Positions 38,751 to 52,835 of a stretch of DNA of 64,000 nt are shown here, one piece after another. The stretch comes from Felis catus (Eukaryota). The stretch spans positions 90,274,001-90,338,000 of the forward strand of contig NC_058368.1 in assembly GCF_018350175.1 (NCBI RefSeq), read 5' to 3'. The position numbers were made by a program, and so were the translations under genes. Position 1 is the stretch's first letter, and each line of letters begins with the position of its first letter. The notes under the pieces are model-generated. The model searched no databases, was not told the origin of the DNA, and saw nothing but the letters and a program-made list of their open reading frames with translations.

Positions 38751-39418
38751 AAGAGTACAAAACTGAAAGATGCCTTTGCTTTGGATTCTGCTTTACCTGG
38801 ATTTCAGCTCTAGCTTTATGATTTTGAGGTAGTTATTTCACCTCTGAGCTTCCATTTTCCTCTCTCTGAAATAAGAATAACACATCTGTCTTGCAGTATT
38901 GTTGTGAAATTATACATAAATTTAAAATTTCCCCCTTCAACCCTTTTTCTTGTACTTAAAAATCATCTTAAATTATTTTCCTGAATAAAATGCAAATGGT
39001 AAAAAAAAAAAAAAAGTCAAAATAGTACAAAAGGGTATAAGGTGAAGGTACATCTCCCTCCCACTCTGATGCAGTCCTCAGTCTTCTCCCAGCAATCTCT
39101 GTTGCCTAAGTTTTACGTGTGCACTTGCAGAGAGATTTTGTGCATATATAAGCATATTTTTTCATACATACCTTTATAATTGTTAGCTTAATCTACATAT
39201 TGTCCTTCCCCAACAAAATCTCTTCTGCGCATAGTTTTAGAACAAGTTATCAATTGGTCACTGATCTATTAAATTTCCTTTAGCCCAAAGGTAAAAAAAA
39301 AAAAGACATTTTTCAGCCTTTCTGCCAAACAAAAGAATCCCTACCTTATAGCTACAGAAGAGGGCCACAGATGACAGTGGGAATACGGTTATCCATAGCA
39401 GCAAATTAGCATCAGGTA

Positions 39419-39628
39419 TTTTTTTTAAATTTTTTAATGTTTATTTTAGAGAGAGACAGAGTGCAAGCAGGGGAGGGGCAGAGAGAGAGGGAGACACAGA
39501 ATCTGAAGTAGGATCCAGGCTCCAAGTTGTCAGCACAGAACCTAATGTAGGGTTTGAACTCACAAACCATGAGATCATGACCTGAGCCAAAGTCGGATGC
39601 TTAACAGACTGAGCCACCCAGGTGCCCC
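39419..39628 (-). mobile_element. Felid SINEC
   Basis: TSD tagcatcaggta. Confidence 0.9.
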
Positions 39629-40257
39629 TAGCATCAGGTAATTTAAGAATGAATGTAACATCATTGAAGAAAACTTTATACCATTTAAGTCCAGAAGTCT
39701 CCAGACCTCACACTGTCGCAAGATGCTCTAACATTTACATTTGTAAGCAATTAGGACTTGTGCTTTTGTGAATGCTTTCTGTCTTCAGCTTAACCTTGCA
39801 AGGTTCTCCTAAATGGCTCTACTCTACAGTTTTCTGTTCCCTTTTTGCAACTACATCAACAACTCCCTTAAGTTTGCCTAAAATTTCTTCTCACAAAAGC
39901 TTGCAGTTTCAAAGCAGAGACAGGCTTCTTTGCTAGAACGGAATCAGAAAACAAGTACTTAACACAGTTTGAGACCAAGAATACAGGAAGCAATAGGTTT
40001 GCCAAAAAAAAGAACACATAGACTATAATTTTCTTCTTGCCCAGTATTTGGAGATTATTCCATATCAGTGCCTGTGGATCTGTCTGCCTCATTCTCTTTA
40101 ATATTGACAGATGCTTTGTATATTGAATCAATTCTCAATTGATGAATATTTCAGTTGTTTTAAGTCTTTATAATCTTTACAAAGGCTGTATAACAACTAA
40201 AATAAATGATACACAGAAATAGCAATTGGTGGTTAATTTCTAGCTTCTTTTCTGTTT

Positions 40258-40376
40258 CCTTTTTTTCTTTAAGTTTATATACCACTTTTAGTAATCTCTG
40301 CACTCATCATGGGGCTCAACCTCATGACCTCCAGATCAAGAATCATGCTTTTCCGGCTGAGCCAGCCAGGCACCCC
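40258..40376 (-). mobile_element. Short older CAN SINE
   Basis: ggggctcaacctcatgacctccagatcaagaatcatgc...tgagccagccaggcacccc. Confidence 0.7.
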
Positions 40377-41960
40377 TCTTGTCTGTTTCTTAGTGCAAAA
40401 TCCCTCTTTATGTCATGCTAGGGGAGTTCCAAGTTAAAACTATCTAGACACAAATTAGTGATGTGACCGGGATAGTGTGCATCCTAATCAATTCGATTCT
40501 GTAGAGTATTTGCTGGCATAATATGAAAAGACAGAGATAAAATCCATCTGAATTGTACCCATAAGTTTATGGTCTAACTGGGGAAGAAAGATGTAAGACA
40601 GCAAATAGAAAAACACCATAATAATTAAAGTACTTACATTTTTCAGGGAATTACAAAGTCTCTTTTATTTTTTAATGGCATTAATCAATTTCAGGATTCT
40701 GAAGAAAACTTCTGAAAGATTGTAAGCCACATAAATGGGGGCTCTAAATCATCAGTAATAAGTTGATCACATTTCTGCTTCTGCTAATGTCATACTAGCT
40801 TGTACTTCCAACATCATACCAAGCACAACAGAGAATCTGGAAAAAGCATCTTTTTAATGTTCTATTTTAAGGCATTGAAGAGCTATCAGTGTGGTGAGAA
40901 CTTGAGGAGCCAAGAACACAGAGGAAAGGGAAGTATGGCAATATGAACCCAATGTTCAACACTGCTTTTCTTTTTGAAGCATTTTCCAGTTGGTAAACAA
41001 TGGCTGAGAAGTGACCAGAATGTGGGGGTGAATGACTGAGGAGAGCTCAGGCAGTCTTACTGGACTTGTAAGACAGTAACTTGGAGTTCAGAGCACACCA
41101 AGAACAAGGAGCCCTGATAAGCACCCTAGGCTTTCCACTGGGATCCCCAAAGGGCTATACCCTTGAACTAGATACAGGTTGAACCAGAATTTGACTAACC
41201 CTCTCAAAGACTGAAGCCTGACTTTGAATCTGGTTAATTTCTAATTGGATGGAAGGATATGCGCATAGCCTAAGTGATATGTCCCTTCCCAATAGAAGAT
41301 CCTCCAGAGGAGGATACCACCAGCAGCAGCCTCAGATTATTTCTACAGTTTTCATATGTACTGTCCAACAAGCCATCAAAAATACCAGACATACTAGAAG
41401 ACCAAACAACCAAAAAACAGGAAAAACAAAGAATAGTAGATCCACAGAAATACAAATATCAGAAACATAATAGACTTTAAACTAACTTCAAGTATGTACA
41501 GGAAACTGATAACAAGATGGATAATTTCAGAAATAATGGAAGCAGAAAAAAAAAAAGATAAATGGAAATGTGAGGACTGAAAGTAGGAACCCCACAGAAG
41601 GTTTAATATCAACTTAAATATAACTGAAGAAAGGATTTGTGAACTGGAAAACAGGTCAGGAGAAAATATTCAACCTGAAGCACAAAAGGAAAAAGAGAAA
41701 GAAAATACAAAAAAGGTCACAAGAGAATTTAGATGATGATGACAAAAAAATCTAACATACATGTAATTCAGGTTATAGAAGGAAAAGAGATAGATTGAGG
41801 CAGAATCAATATTAGAAGAGAAAATGGCTGAGAATTTTCCAAAACTGACAGAGACATCAAACCACAGATTCAAGTAAAACACACCAACATATGTCATTGT
41901 AAAACAAAAAAGAAAAAAAGTAAAAACTTTAAAGCAGAGAAAAAAGATATATTACTGCTT

Positions 41961-42187
41961 TTTTTTAAATTTGTTTTTAATGTCTTTATTTTTGAGAGAG
42001 AAACACACAGAGAGAGACAGAGTGTGAGTGGGGGAGGGACAGAGAGAGAGGGAGACACGGAGTCCAAAGCAGGCTCTAGGCTCTGAGCTGTCAGCACAGA
42101 GCCTGATGCGGGGCTCAAACCCATGCACCGCGAGATCATGACCTGAGCTGAAGTCAGACACTTAACCAACTGAGCCACTCAGGCGCC
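41961..42187 (-). mobile_element. Felid SINEC
   Basis: TSD atattactgctttt. Confidence 0.9.
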
Positions 42188-42199
42188 ACAATATATTAC

Positions 42200-42562
42200 T
42201 GCTTTTTGATTGAGAAGAAATTCACATAACATCAAGTTAACCACTTTAAAGTGAATAATGGCACTCAGTATATTCACAGTGTTGTGTAACCACCGCCTCT
42301 GTCCAGTTATAAAAAGCTTTTATCACCCCAAAAAGCAAACCTCTGCCTATTAAATAGTCGCTCCTCATTCCACCTTCCCCTCCAGCCCCAGGAAAATACC
42401 TATCTGTGTTCTGTCTGTGGATATACCTATTCTAGATCTGCCATGTAAATGGAATCATACAAATTATGTAATTTTTTGTCTGTCTTCTTTCACTTAGCAT
42501 GATGTTTTCAGGAACCATCCACATTTAGCACGTACTTCATGCCTTTTTATGGCTAATAGTCC

Positions 42563-42601
<39 letters not shown>

Positions 42602-43625
42602 ATATATACACACTATAATTTGTTCATCCACTCATCCGTTGATGGACATTTGGGCTGCTTCCACCTTTTGGCTATTGTGAATAATGCTGCTCTGAATTAG
42701 TGTACAAGAATCTGTTTGCATCTCTCTCTCCAATTCTTTTAGGTATATACCTGGGTGTGGAATTGCTGCGTCCTATGGTCACCATTCCCACCATCAATGT
42801 ACAAGAGTTCCAGTTTCTCTACATCTTCATCAACACTTGCAGTTTTCTTTAAAAAAAAAAAAAAAGTCATTTCAAGGCTTAGGTCTTGAACTCGGTTGTG
42901 AGTTCAAGCTGTGTACTGGGCTCTGTGCTGGGCGTGAAGTCTACTTTAAAAAAAAAAAAGACAAAGTACAAAATTTTAATTTTGACTGAGTCCAATTTGT
43001 CTGTATTTTCTCTGGTAGCTTGTGCTTTAGGTGTCATATCTAAGAAACAATTGCCTAATTCAAGGTCACAAAAACTTTCAACTTAAGCTCTTACATTTAG
43101 GTGTGTGATCCATTTTGGGTTAATATTTATGTATTAGTGTGAGGTAAGGGTCCAACTTCATTCTTTTGCATGTGGATATCCATTTGTTCCAGTACTTTTG
43201 GAAGAGATTATTCTTTCTTCTTTCCCCCTTTGAAGGGTCTTGGCACCCTTGTTAAAATACGAGCAGAGGTATCTGAGTGGCTCAGTTGGTTGAGCGTCCG
43301 ACTTCGGCCCACATCATGATCTTGTGGTCTGTGAGTTGGAGCCCCGCATCGGGCTCTGTGCTGACAGCTCAGAGCCTGGAGCCTGTTTCAGATTCTGTGT
43401 CTCCCTCTCTCTCTGCCCTTTCCCCATTCATGCTGTCTCTCTCAAAATAAATATAAACATTAAACAAATTTTTTTAATTTAAAAAAACATAATATATGAG
43501 TTTGTACACTCTCAATTGTACTTCATTGATCTATCTTTATGCTAATGCCACACTATATTACCGTACTTTTATAGTAGCTTTGAGATCAAGAAGTATGAGT
43601 CCTCCAGCTTTGTTTTTCCTTCTTC
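42200..43625 (-). mobile_element. Antisense L1 3' fragment nested in the sense L1; contains (TG)n at about 42565-42600 and SINEs at about 42870-42960 and 43268-43490
   Basis: Same L1M 3' motifs as 29865-31300 in reverse orientation. Confidence 0.8.
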
Positions 43626-44505
43626 AATATGAGATATGTTACTTTTAAAGTAGCAATAGAACTGATAGAACTGATAGCAATAGACTGATAGTTGGTGTCT
43701 TGACAAACAATGAAAACCATAAAACAGTGACGTGAAGTGTTAGCGGGGAAAAAAAACCCTCTCAACCTAAATACCTAGGAAAAAATCCATCAGAAATAAA
43801 TACATATAAAATAATTCACAAGGATGAAAAGTACAGCATAGGGAATACAGTCAATAATATCTGTAATAACTTTGTGTGCTAACCGATGTTAACTACACTG
43901 TGGTGAGCATTACATAATTTGTAGAGTTGTTGAATCACTCACTGTTGTACATCTGACACCCATATAACATTGTATGTCAGGTATACTTCAGTAAAAAATA
44001 AAATAAATGAAATGCTTCGTTCCAAAAATAATGAATAAAAAAGCAGACAAACAAGCCATTTTCCAACAAACAGAAATACCGAGAGGGAATTCTTCAGGAG
44101 GAAGGACAGTTATTCCATACAGGAACATGGAGGTGCGGGAAGATTAAAGAGAGAGAAAATGGTAGATATTGGTTAACCTGAATGACAGTTGATGTATAAA
44201 ACTCTCAGTAGTGATGTCCTGTGGAGATTACCTGACATCAGTTGCACAAAAGGTAGAAGAGGGTAAAAGTGCTCTTTAGATATTTGCATTGCCCAGGAGT
44301 AAGTAAAAATACTGATTTGTATTAAGACTTTAATAAATCAAAGATACATGTTGTGATCAGGGTGACAACTAAAAACAGTAGTAAAATAGTCTCTAGACTA
44401 GCACAGCCACTGAAAGAATAGGAAAATAATATATAATAAACTTATAGAGGGAAAAATAGAATGACAAAATTATCCAAAAGAAGAAATATTTTTTTAAAAT
44501 AGAGG

Positions 44506-45195
44506 AGGGAGGCCTGCGTGGCTCAGTCAGTTGAGCGTCGACAGTTGATGTCGGCTCAGGTCATGATCTCACGGTTTGTGAGTTTGAGGCCCGTGATGGG
44601 CTCCACACTGACAGCACAGAGCCTACTTGGGATTCTCTCTCTGTCTCCCAGTCCCTACCCCGCTCATTTTCTTTCTCTCTCTTTCTCTCTCTCCCTCTCC
44701 CCCTTTCTCCCTTTCTCAAGATAAATACACTTTAAAAAATTGCTTAGGGGCACCTGAGTGGCTCAGTCAGTTAAGTGTCCCAACTTCGGCTCAGGTCACG
44801 ATCTTAATGGCTCATGGGTTCAAGCCTCATGTCAGGCTCTGTGCTGACAGCCCAGAGCCTGGAACCTGCTTCAGATTCTGTATCTCTCTCTCTCTCTCTC
44901 TGCCCCTTCCCCATTCACCCTCTGTCTCTCTCTCAAAAATGAATAAACATTAAAAAAAAACTTTTTTTAATTGCTTAAAAAATAAATAGGGGCACCTGGG
45001 TGGCTTAGTTGGTTAAGTATCTGACTTACACTCAGGTCATGATCTCACAGTTCGTGGGTTCAAGCCCTGCATCAGGCTCTGTGCTGACAGCTCAAAGTCT
45101 GGAGCCTGCTTGGGTTTCTGTGTCTCCCTCTCTTTCTGCCCCTCCCCACCCCCCCCCCCGTCTCTCTCAAAAATAAACATTAAAAATAAAAAAGA
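44506..45195 (+). mobile_element. Three tandem same-orientation SINEC copies (about 44506, 44747, 44989)
   Basis: Three heads, each followed by a CT tract and A tail. Confidence 0.88.
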
Positions 45196-45924
45196 GGAAA
45201 GGAACGTGGAACGGGAGGGGCAAATAAAAAACAATAAAATGATAAATTTAAATCTCAATTTGTCAGTAATGAATATAAAATGATTACTCAAATAACAAAG
45301 ATAAACTAGATTTAAAATTTATAAACACACATGCACATCTATATGTGTGACACTTCTTTAAGGAGGCGGGACTGTTGAAAATACAATGATAGAAAAATAT
45401 AGATCATGTAAACATTAACCAAAAGAAAATCATTGCTGTATAAATATCAGACAAATATGCCTTAAGATAAAGAGGGACATCTCATAATGATGAAAAAGTT
45501 AATCCATCATGAAGAAAACAATTATAAATTTATGTACCTAATATATGCTCAAAATATATGAAGCAAAAATTGACATCTAAAAGAACTAACAATTCCAACA
45601 TCATATATTGGGAAGTTTATACACATCTGTTTTTAATAAGCAAATACTCGTCAAGGATCTAGATTTGAACAACACCATTAACAAGGATGTAATTGACATA
45701 TATATATAGCACTCATCAACTACAGGATATATATTATTTTCAAGTGCATATAAATCACTTACTAAAATAGACCATGTACTGGGAGATAAAGCAAATTTCA
45801 ACAAACATGTAAGATTGAAATCATATAGAGTATGTTTTCTAACCAGTGAAATTAAGTTAAAAATCAATAATGAAACGGTAATTAGAATGATCCCTAGATG
45901 TTTGGAATCAAGTAATATACTACC

Positions 45925-46305
45925 TTTTTTTAAGATTTTATTTTTTTAATCTCTACACCCTATATGAGGCTCAAACCCACAACCCCAAGATCAAGAGTGT
46001 ATGCTCCACCCACTGAACACGCCAAGCACCCCTCAATTAATATATTTCTAGGGGCGCCTGGGTGCCTCAGGTTGAGTGTCCGACTTCGGCTCAGGTCGTG
46101 ATCTCACAGTTTGTGAGTTCAAGCCCCACATGTGAGGGTCACTGTTGTCAGCATGGAGCCTGCTTCGGATCCTCTGTCCCCCTCTCTCTGCCCCTTCCCC
46201 ACTCAAGCTCTCTTTCTCTCAAAAATAAATAAATATTAAAATAGATATGTGTATATATATATATATATTTCTATATATATATATGTTTCTATATATATAT
46301 TTATA
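45925..46305. mobile_element. Head-to-head SINE pair (minus 45925-46032, plus 46051-46240) followed by (AT)n
   Basis: Direct inspection. Confidence 0.8.
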
Positions 46306-47431
46306 AAAAGCTTATAAGTCAGAGAAAAAATTGCAGTGGAAATCATTTTAAAATGTTTAATTGAATATGGATATAAATATGACATATCAAAATTTGTGTG
46401 ATACCAGTAAAGTTGTTTAGAGGAAAATCTGTGACCTAAAATGCATATATTAGAACAGAAAAAAGCTAGAACTCAGTGTTCTAAGCATTCCTCCCAAATA
46501 AAAACCAGCAAACTAAATCAAATGAAGAAAATAATAAAGATCATAGATGAATTCAATGGAAAACAAATCTACAATAGAAAAAAATCAACCAAGCACAAAG
46601 TTGTTTCTTTAAAAAGGCTAGTAATAAAACTAACAAAACTCTGCTATCAAGATAAAAGACCCAAATGACCAATATAAGGGATGAAAAGGGGCATCACTAC
46701 AGAGCCTATGCATGAAAATAAATAATAATAAAGTTTATAAAAATAGAAGATAGAATGGTGGTTACCAGGGCTGGTGGAAGGAGGGAAAAGGAAGTTGTTT
46801 AATGGATACAGAGTTTCAGATTTGCGAGATGAAAAGTTCTGGAAGTATGTTTCACAGCAATGTGAATACACTCAACACTATTGAACTATATACTTAAAAA
46901 TAGTTAAGATGGCAAATTTCATATTCTGTGTTTTTTACAATAAAAAATTATAAAAGGATTTTATGACAACTTTATGTTAGTAAATTCTGAAATTTAAATG
47001 AAAGAAACCCCTGAAAAAATGCAAAGTACCAAAATTGACACAAGAAAAAATTGGAAATTTGAATTCTGTATCTAGGCAATAAATTAAATCAGGAGTTTAA
47101 AAATCTTCCCCCAGAGAAAAGCTCTAGGCTTACATGGTGTCAGTGGTGAATTCTCTCTAACATTTCAGGAGGAAATGACACCAATCTTACACAGATTTAT
47201 CCAGAGAAGAGAAAAAGAAGAAAACTTCCCAAGACTTTCATTGAGACTAGTATACCATTACTACCAAATTATAAGAAAGGATATTACCAAAAAAAGGAAA
47301 AATTACAGGTTAATTTCTTTTATGATTACAGATGCAAATACACTAAATAAAATATTAGCTCAATGAATCTGACAATATATAAATAGGAAAAAATTGCAAC
47401 CAAGTTGGATTCATTAAAAACTGCAAGGTTA

Positions 47432-47970
47432 GGAGAGCCTGAGCGGCTCAGTTGGTTGAGCATCTGACTCTTGATTTCTGCTCAGATCATAATCTCACTG
47501 TTCATGAGTTCGAGGCCCATGTCAATCTTAGCACTGATAGTGCAGAACCTGCTTGGGATTCTTCCTCTCCCCCCCCCCTCTCTGACCCTCCCCCACCTCA
47601 AAATAAATAAATAAACAAAATTTTTTAAAAACTGCAAGGTTGAAAATCAGTGTGATTCAACACATTAACAGAATAAAAGTGGAAAGTCATGTTTAATAGA
47701 TACAGACAGAGCACTTGTTAAAAATTCAACATTCATTCCTGATTTTAAAAGAACGTTTAGGGCACCTGGCTGGCACAGTCTGAAGAGCATGATCTCAGGG
47801 TTGTGAGTTCAAGCCTCACATTGGGTGTAGAGATTACTTAAAATTAAAAAAGAAAGGAAGGAAAGGAAAGGGAAGAAAGGGAGGGAGGGAGGGAGGAAGG
47901 GAGGGAAGGAGCGAAGGAGAGAGCAAGCAGAGAGGGAGAAAGGGAGGGACAAGCGAAGAAAGGAAGAGCA
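47432..47970 (+). mobile_element. SINEC (47432-47630), short SINE (47760-47850) and purine-rich GA/GGA tract
   Basis: Heads, tails and low-complexity sequence. Confidence 0.75.
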
Positions 47971-48541
47971 TTCAGCAAACTAGAAAAAGAACACTTCCTT
48001 AACCTAATAATGTGTATTTTCAAAACTACAGCAAGCATCATATTTAATGATGAAATATTAAAAACTTTTCCCTAAGATTGGAAATCAGGATACCTGTTGT
48101 GACTATCTCTTTCAATATCATATTAGCAGTCTTAGCCATTATGCTAAAGTAACCAAAAATATAAAAGATGTGAGGATTGGAAAGGAACAAATAAAACTCA
48201 CTACTTATAGACAACATAGTAGTATATATAGAAAATCCAAAAGATTCCACAAATAAACTCTTAAAATGAATAAGTAAATTTAGCAGGATTAATTGTGCTT
48301 CTGTATACCAACAATAAGCAAATAAAATGAAAATTTTTAAAAGGTACCATTTACCAAGGCATCAAATAAACATCAAATACTGATGAATAAATCTAAAAGA
48401 AACTGTGCAAGCCTTCTACACACAAAAAAATATTAAGCATTATAGAGAGAAGTAAATGAGTATACCAGGTTGATAGTGTGTAAGACTCAATGTTGTAAAG
48501 ATGTTAATTCTTCCCAAATTGATCTATAGATTCACTGCAGG

Positions 48542-48728
48542 TTTTTTTTTTTTAAGTTTACTTATTTATTTTGAGAGAGAGAGCATGTGCTCAAGCTGGG
48601 AAGGGACAGAGGGAGTGGGAGAGGGAGAATCCCAAGCAGTCTCCTCGCGGAGCTTGGTCTCAGGAACTACGAGATCATGACCTGAGCTGAAATCAAGAGC
48701 TTAACCAGCTGAGCCACCCAGGTGCCCC
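48542..48728 (-). mobile_element. CAN/SINEC SINE
   Basis: TSD tagattcactgcag at 48527-48540 and 48729-48742. Confidence 0.9.
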
Positions 48729-49480
48729 TAGATTCACTGCAGTTTTCATCAGATCCCAGTAGGGGTGTGTATGTGTGTGTGTGCATGTAACTTGGCAAAC
48801 TGATTTATAAAATTTATGTGGAAATGAAAAGAGCCAAGAATAGCAAGACAATCGTAAAGAATGATAAAATGAGAGGACTTATAGAAATGATGTTAAGACT
48901 TTTTATAAAGGTATGGTAATTAAGACTGAGTTATTGATGGAAGGATGGACAAATAGCTTAGCAGAGCAGTATATAGTCCCAAACAACCATGCATTTTATC
49001 GACACCTGATTCACATCAAAGGTAGCACTGTATAGCAGTGAAGATAAAAACAGGCTTTTCAATAAATGGTGCTGGGTCAACTGAATATCTATAAAGAAAA
49101 AATGAATCTTGATTCCAACTTCATACCACACTCAAAAATTAATTTGAAATGGAGCATAGACTTAAGTGTGAACGGCAAAACAATGAAGCTTCTAAACAAT
49201 CTTCAAAACCTTAGGATAGGCAAAGATTTCTTAAACAGGACTCAAAAAGCCATAAAATAAAAGTGTGGTCCACACTAAAATGAAGAAATTCTGTTAATCA
49301 GAATACATTATTTTGGAAGAAGACACTTGCAGTACTTATATCTGACAAAGGATGTCTATTCAGAAAAAAAAAAGAAAAGAAAAAATGACTGACTACCTGA
49401 TGGGGAAATTAGCAAAATAAACATACAGGCATTCTGCACAGCAAAGGAAACCATCAACAAAATGAAAAGGTTACCTACTA

Positions 49481-52425
49481 GAGACCTCAGGAAGATGGAG
49501 GAGGAGGATGCTGTGCTCACCCTCTTCCATAGACAGGTCCAGGCACTGACAGAACAGCTCTTCCATAGATAAAGACATAAGGAGATCACATTGAGGATAG
49601 GAGGGACAGAGCATGGGTAGGGAGCCAGACTCCCAGCAGAGCAAGCCACAAGCAGGAGGGATATAATAGGCACAGAAGTCCTCCCTGAAGAGTGAGGTGA
49701 TCACTCCCCACATCCGGCACCCCTGGGTCTGAGGGCCCACACTGGGAAGATGAGCCCCCATAACATGTGGCTATGAAAATCAGTGGAGACTCGGCAACAC
49801 CTGGGACCCCAGGACACCTGGAGGACTATAGGAATTTGAGACTGCTCTTAAAAGGCCAGCATGCTATGTACCTCAGCCCAAGACCCAGCACAGAGGCAGC
49901 AGTTTGAAAAGCACCTAGGTTATATGTGAAGATTTACTAACTAATTTTAGGGCATGTGCCAGAGGGGCAGGGATCTGCAGAAACTTTCTTTGGGAACAGA
50001 AGTGTTTTGGGGCACCATTTTTCATGCCCTCCTTCAGCCTAGCTAGCCAGACACTTGTGGGAGCTCGTTCTTTCCACCTACCTTGCTAGCATCACTCACC
50101 CCACCTGGTTTTCACCTGTAGAGCTGCCCCATCCAACCCTCCTGCCCTAGCAGGCACTCCGCCAAGGCAGATCTCACCCTGCCACACCTGGCAGGCAGCC
50201 TCAGTTCAGACTAGGGTCCCCCACAAAGCGACCACTGCCACACCACATCTGGTGAAAAACAGTGCCCCCCAGCAAAGCAGCTCCTGCCCCAAGAAAGGGA
50301 AAAGCCAGCCCCACCCACCAGCACTGTGCCAGAAGCTGTGGCTGGGCCCCTGAGCCAGCTGCACTGGGAGCTAATCACACCCACCAGCACGCCCACAGAA
50401 GCTACCACTGACCTCTCAGCCAGCCACACTGGGAGCCAGTCCTGCCCAGCAGTGTGTCCTCAGTAATTGCAACCAGTCATTGCAGACAGCTGGGCTGAGG
50501 GCCAGCCGTGCCCACCAGTGTGCTTGCAGCAGCTGCAGCCTCCCACACCAGGGGCCAGCCTCACCCATCAGTACACCCACAGCAGTTGTGACCTAGCCAC
50601 AGCAGGAGGGTGCTCACAACCAACTCAGAGGACATCCCGGAAGTGCCTGGCTCTGCTAATCCGGGAAATTGCACTACTGGGCACAACAGGATGCCTTCAA
50701 TGCAAGGCCACTGCTTTCACGACCAAGAGACTTTGGCTGACCTACGTAATACATAGAAACAAACACAGAGAGTCAAACAAAATGAGAAAACAGAGGGATA
50801 TGTTAAAAAAAAAAAGGCAAAACATCAGAAAAAGAACTACATGAAACAGAGATAAGTAACTTACTTGATAAAAAGTTCAAAGTAATAGTCGTAAAGATGG
50901 TCACCAAACTTGAGAGCTGAGTTGATGAACTCAGTGAGAACTTCAACAAAGGCATATTTTTTTCATAGTTATTTATTTTGAAAGAGAGAGCACAGGCTGG
51001 GGAGGAGCAAAGAGAGAAAGAGAGAGAGAATCCCAAGTAGGCTCCACACTATCAACATGGAGCCAGACGCAGGGCTTGAACTCAAGAACCATTGAGATCA
51101 TGACCCAAGCCAAAATTAAGAGTCAATGGCTTAACTGACTAAGCCACCCAGGTGCCTCAGGCATAGAAAGTATTTTTCAAGGGGTGCCTGGGTGGCTCAG
51201 TCAGTTAAGCTTCCAACTTCAGCTCAGGTCATGATCTCATGGTTCGTAAGTTTGAGCCCCATGTCAGGCTCTGTTCTGACAACTCAGAGCCTGGAGCCTG
51301 TTTCAGATTCTGTGTCTCCCTCTCTCTGTGACCCTCCCCGTTCATGCTCTGTCTCTCTCTGTCTCAAAAATAAATAAAGGTTAAAAAAAAATAATAAGGA
51401 TAGGTTAAGGAACCTCTGGGACAACACCAGGCATATGAACACCCACATTATAAGGGGTCCTAGAATGAAAGGGTGGATACAGAAAACTTATTCAAAGAAA
51501 TATTAGCTAAGACTTTCTCTTTTTTTTTTAATGTTCATTTATTTTTGAGAGGGAGGGAGAGCATAAGTGGGGGAGGGACAGAGAGAGAGAGGGGCAGGGG
51601 GTGGGGGAGAGAGAGAATCCAAAGCAGGCTCCAGGATCTGAGCTGTCAGCCCAGAACCCAACACAGGACTCAAACCCACCAACTGTGAGATCATGACCTG
51701 AGCCAAAGTCAGATGCTTAACCAGTTGAGCCACTCAGGCACCCCTGAAGACTTTCTTAACTTGAGAAAGGAAACAGACATCCAGGTCCAGAATACAGAGA
51801 GCCCTAAACAAGCTGAAGCCATAGAGGTCCATGACAAGACACATAATAATTAAGATGTCAAAGATTAAAGTTAAAGAGAGAATTTTTAAAACAGCAAAAG
51901 CAAATAGTTATGTACAAGGGAAACCCCTAAGGCCATGAGCAGATTTTTCAACAGAACCTTTGCAGGCCAGAAGGGAGTGGCATGACATATTCAAAGTCCT
52001 GAAACGAAAAAAAAACAAAAACAAAAAAACCTACAACCAAGAATACTCTATCTGGCAAAATTATTCAGACTTGGAGGAGATATGAAAAGTTTCCCAAACA
52101 AACAAAAGTTAAAAGAGTTTATCACCACTATACTGGCCTTATAAGAAATATTAAAGGGATTTTTTTTTTTAAGCAGGAAAGAAAAGGCCAGAATTAGAAG
52201 AAAACACGAAAGGAAAAAGAATTCACTAGTAAAAGCAAACATATAGTAAAAGTAGTAGATCGATCTCTTATAATGCTAGTATGAAGGTCAAAAGACAGAG
52301 TAATAAAATCAATTATATCTCCAAAGATTAGTTAAGAGATACACAGCATAGAAAGATGTATAAAATGTGACATCATGTATATCAAATGTGGAGTGGAGGG
52401 GAAACATGCAGTGCTTCTAGAAGCA
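49481..52425 (+). mobile_element. Carnivore-type LINE-1 5'UTR plus ORF1 remnant, no ORF2 attached
   Basis: aagatgg start, C-rich 5'UTR, and ORF1-like sequence (ISNLLDKKFKVIVVKM; LQARREWHDIFKVLK). Confidence 0.7.
50957..51744. mobile_element. Three alternating SINECs: minus 50957-51158, plus 51181-51395, minus 51519-51744
   Basis: Heads and tails visible; TSD aagactttct for the third copy. Confidence 0.88.
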
Positions 52426-52439
52426 CACACACAGAACAT

Positions 52440-52482
52440 GCGCGCGCGCGCGCACACACACACGGAACACACACACACACAT
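52440..52482. repeat. (CG)n(CA)n alternating purine-pyrimidine tract
   Basis: gcgcgcgcgcgcgcacacacacacggaacacacacacacac. Confidence 0.92.
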
Positions 52483-52835
52483 ACCAGGCTCCTCCCTGAA
52501 CAGGTATTCAGGTGGAAGGTACAGAAGGAGGCCTCTACAGATTGCAAGGCCCTGGGTAGAAACCTTCATATTTGCAAGGCACCAGGCAGCTTTTGCTTTC
52601 AAAAGCTCCAAGGGTTAATCTCATAGGGACCCGAACATTGGGATTTACATGTTTCTAATGTGCTCAAACTAAGGGATGCCCAAATCCTTTCCATTTCTCT
52701 CGTGGTAAGATCCCCAAATGGAGATTCTTTAGAAAATATGATGCTTTGAAGGTAATGTGTCTTCTTTCCTCCGAGCTACATGGGAAATGGAGGCCTGATG
52801 ACCTATTAAGTGTGTGTTTCCTGTTCCTTTTCCAG

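Larger units (their letters stand above)
40780..49480 (+). mobile_element. Old sense LINE-1 block (5' region, ORF1 and ORF2 remnants) with many nested insertions
   Basis: A-rich ORF1- and ORF2-like remnants (MAENFPKL, TKIDHVLG, YRLISFM...NKILA, NKWCWVN). Interrupted by an antisense L1 and SINEs. Confidence 0.8.

Noticed and set aside
170..52425. Active full-length LINE-1
   Set aside because: All long L1 segments are fragmented by stops, frameshifts and nested insertions.
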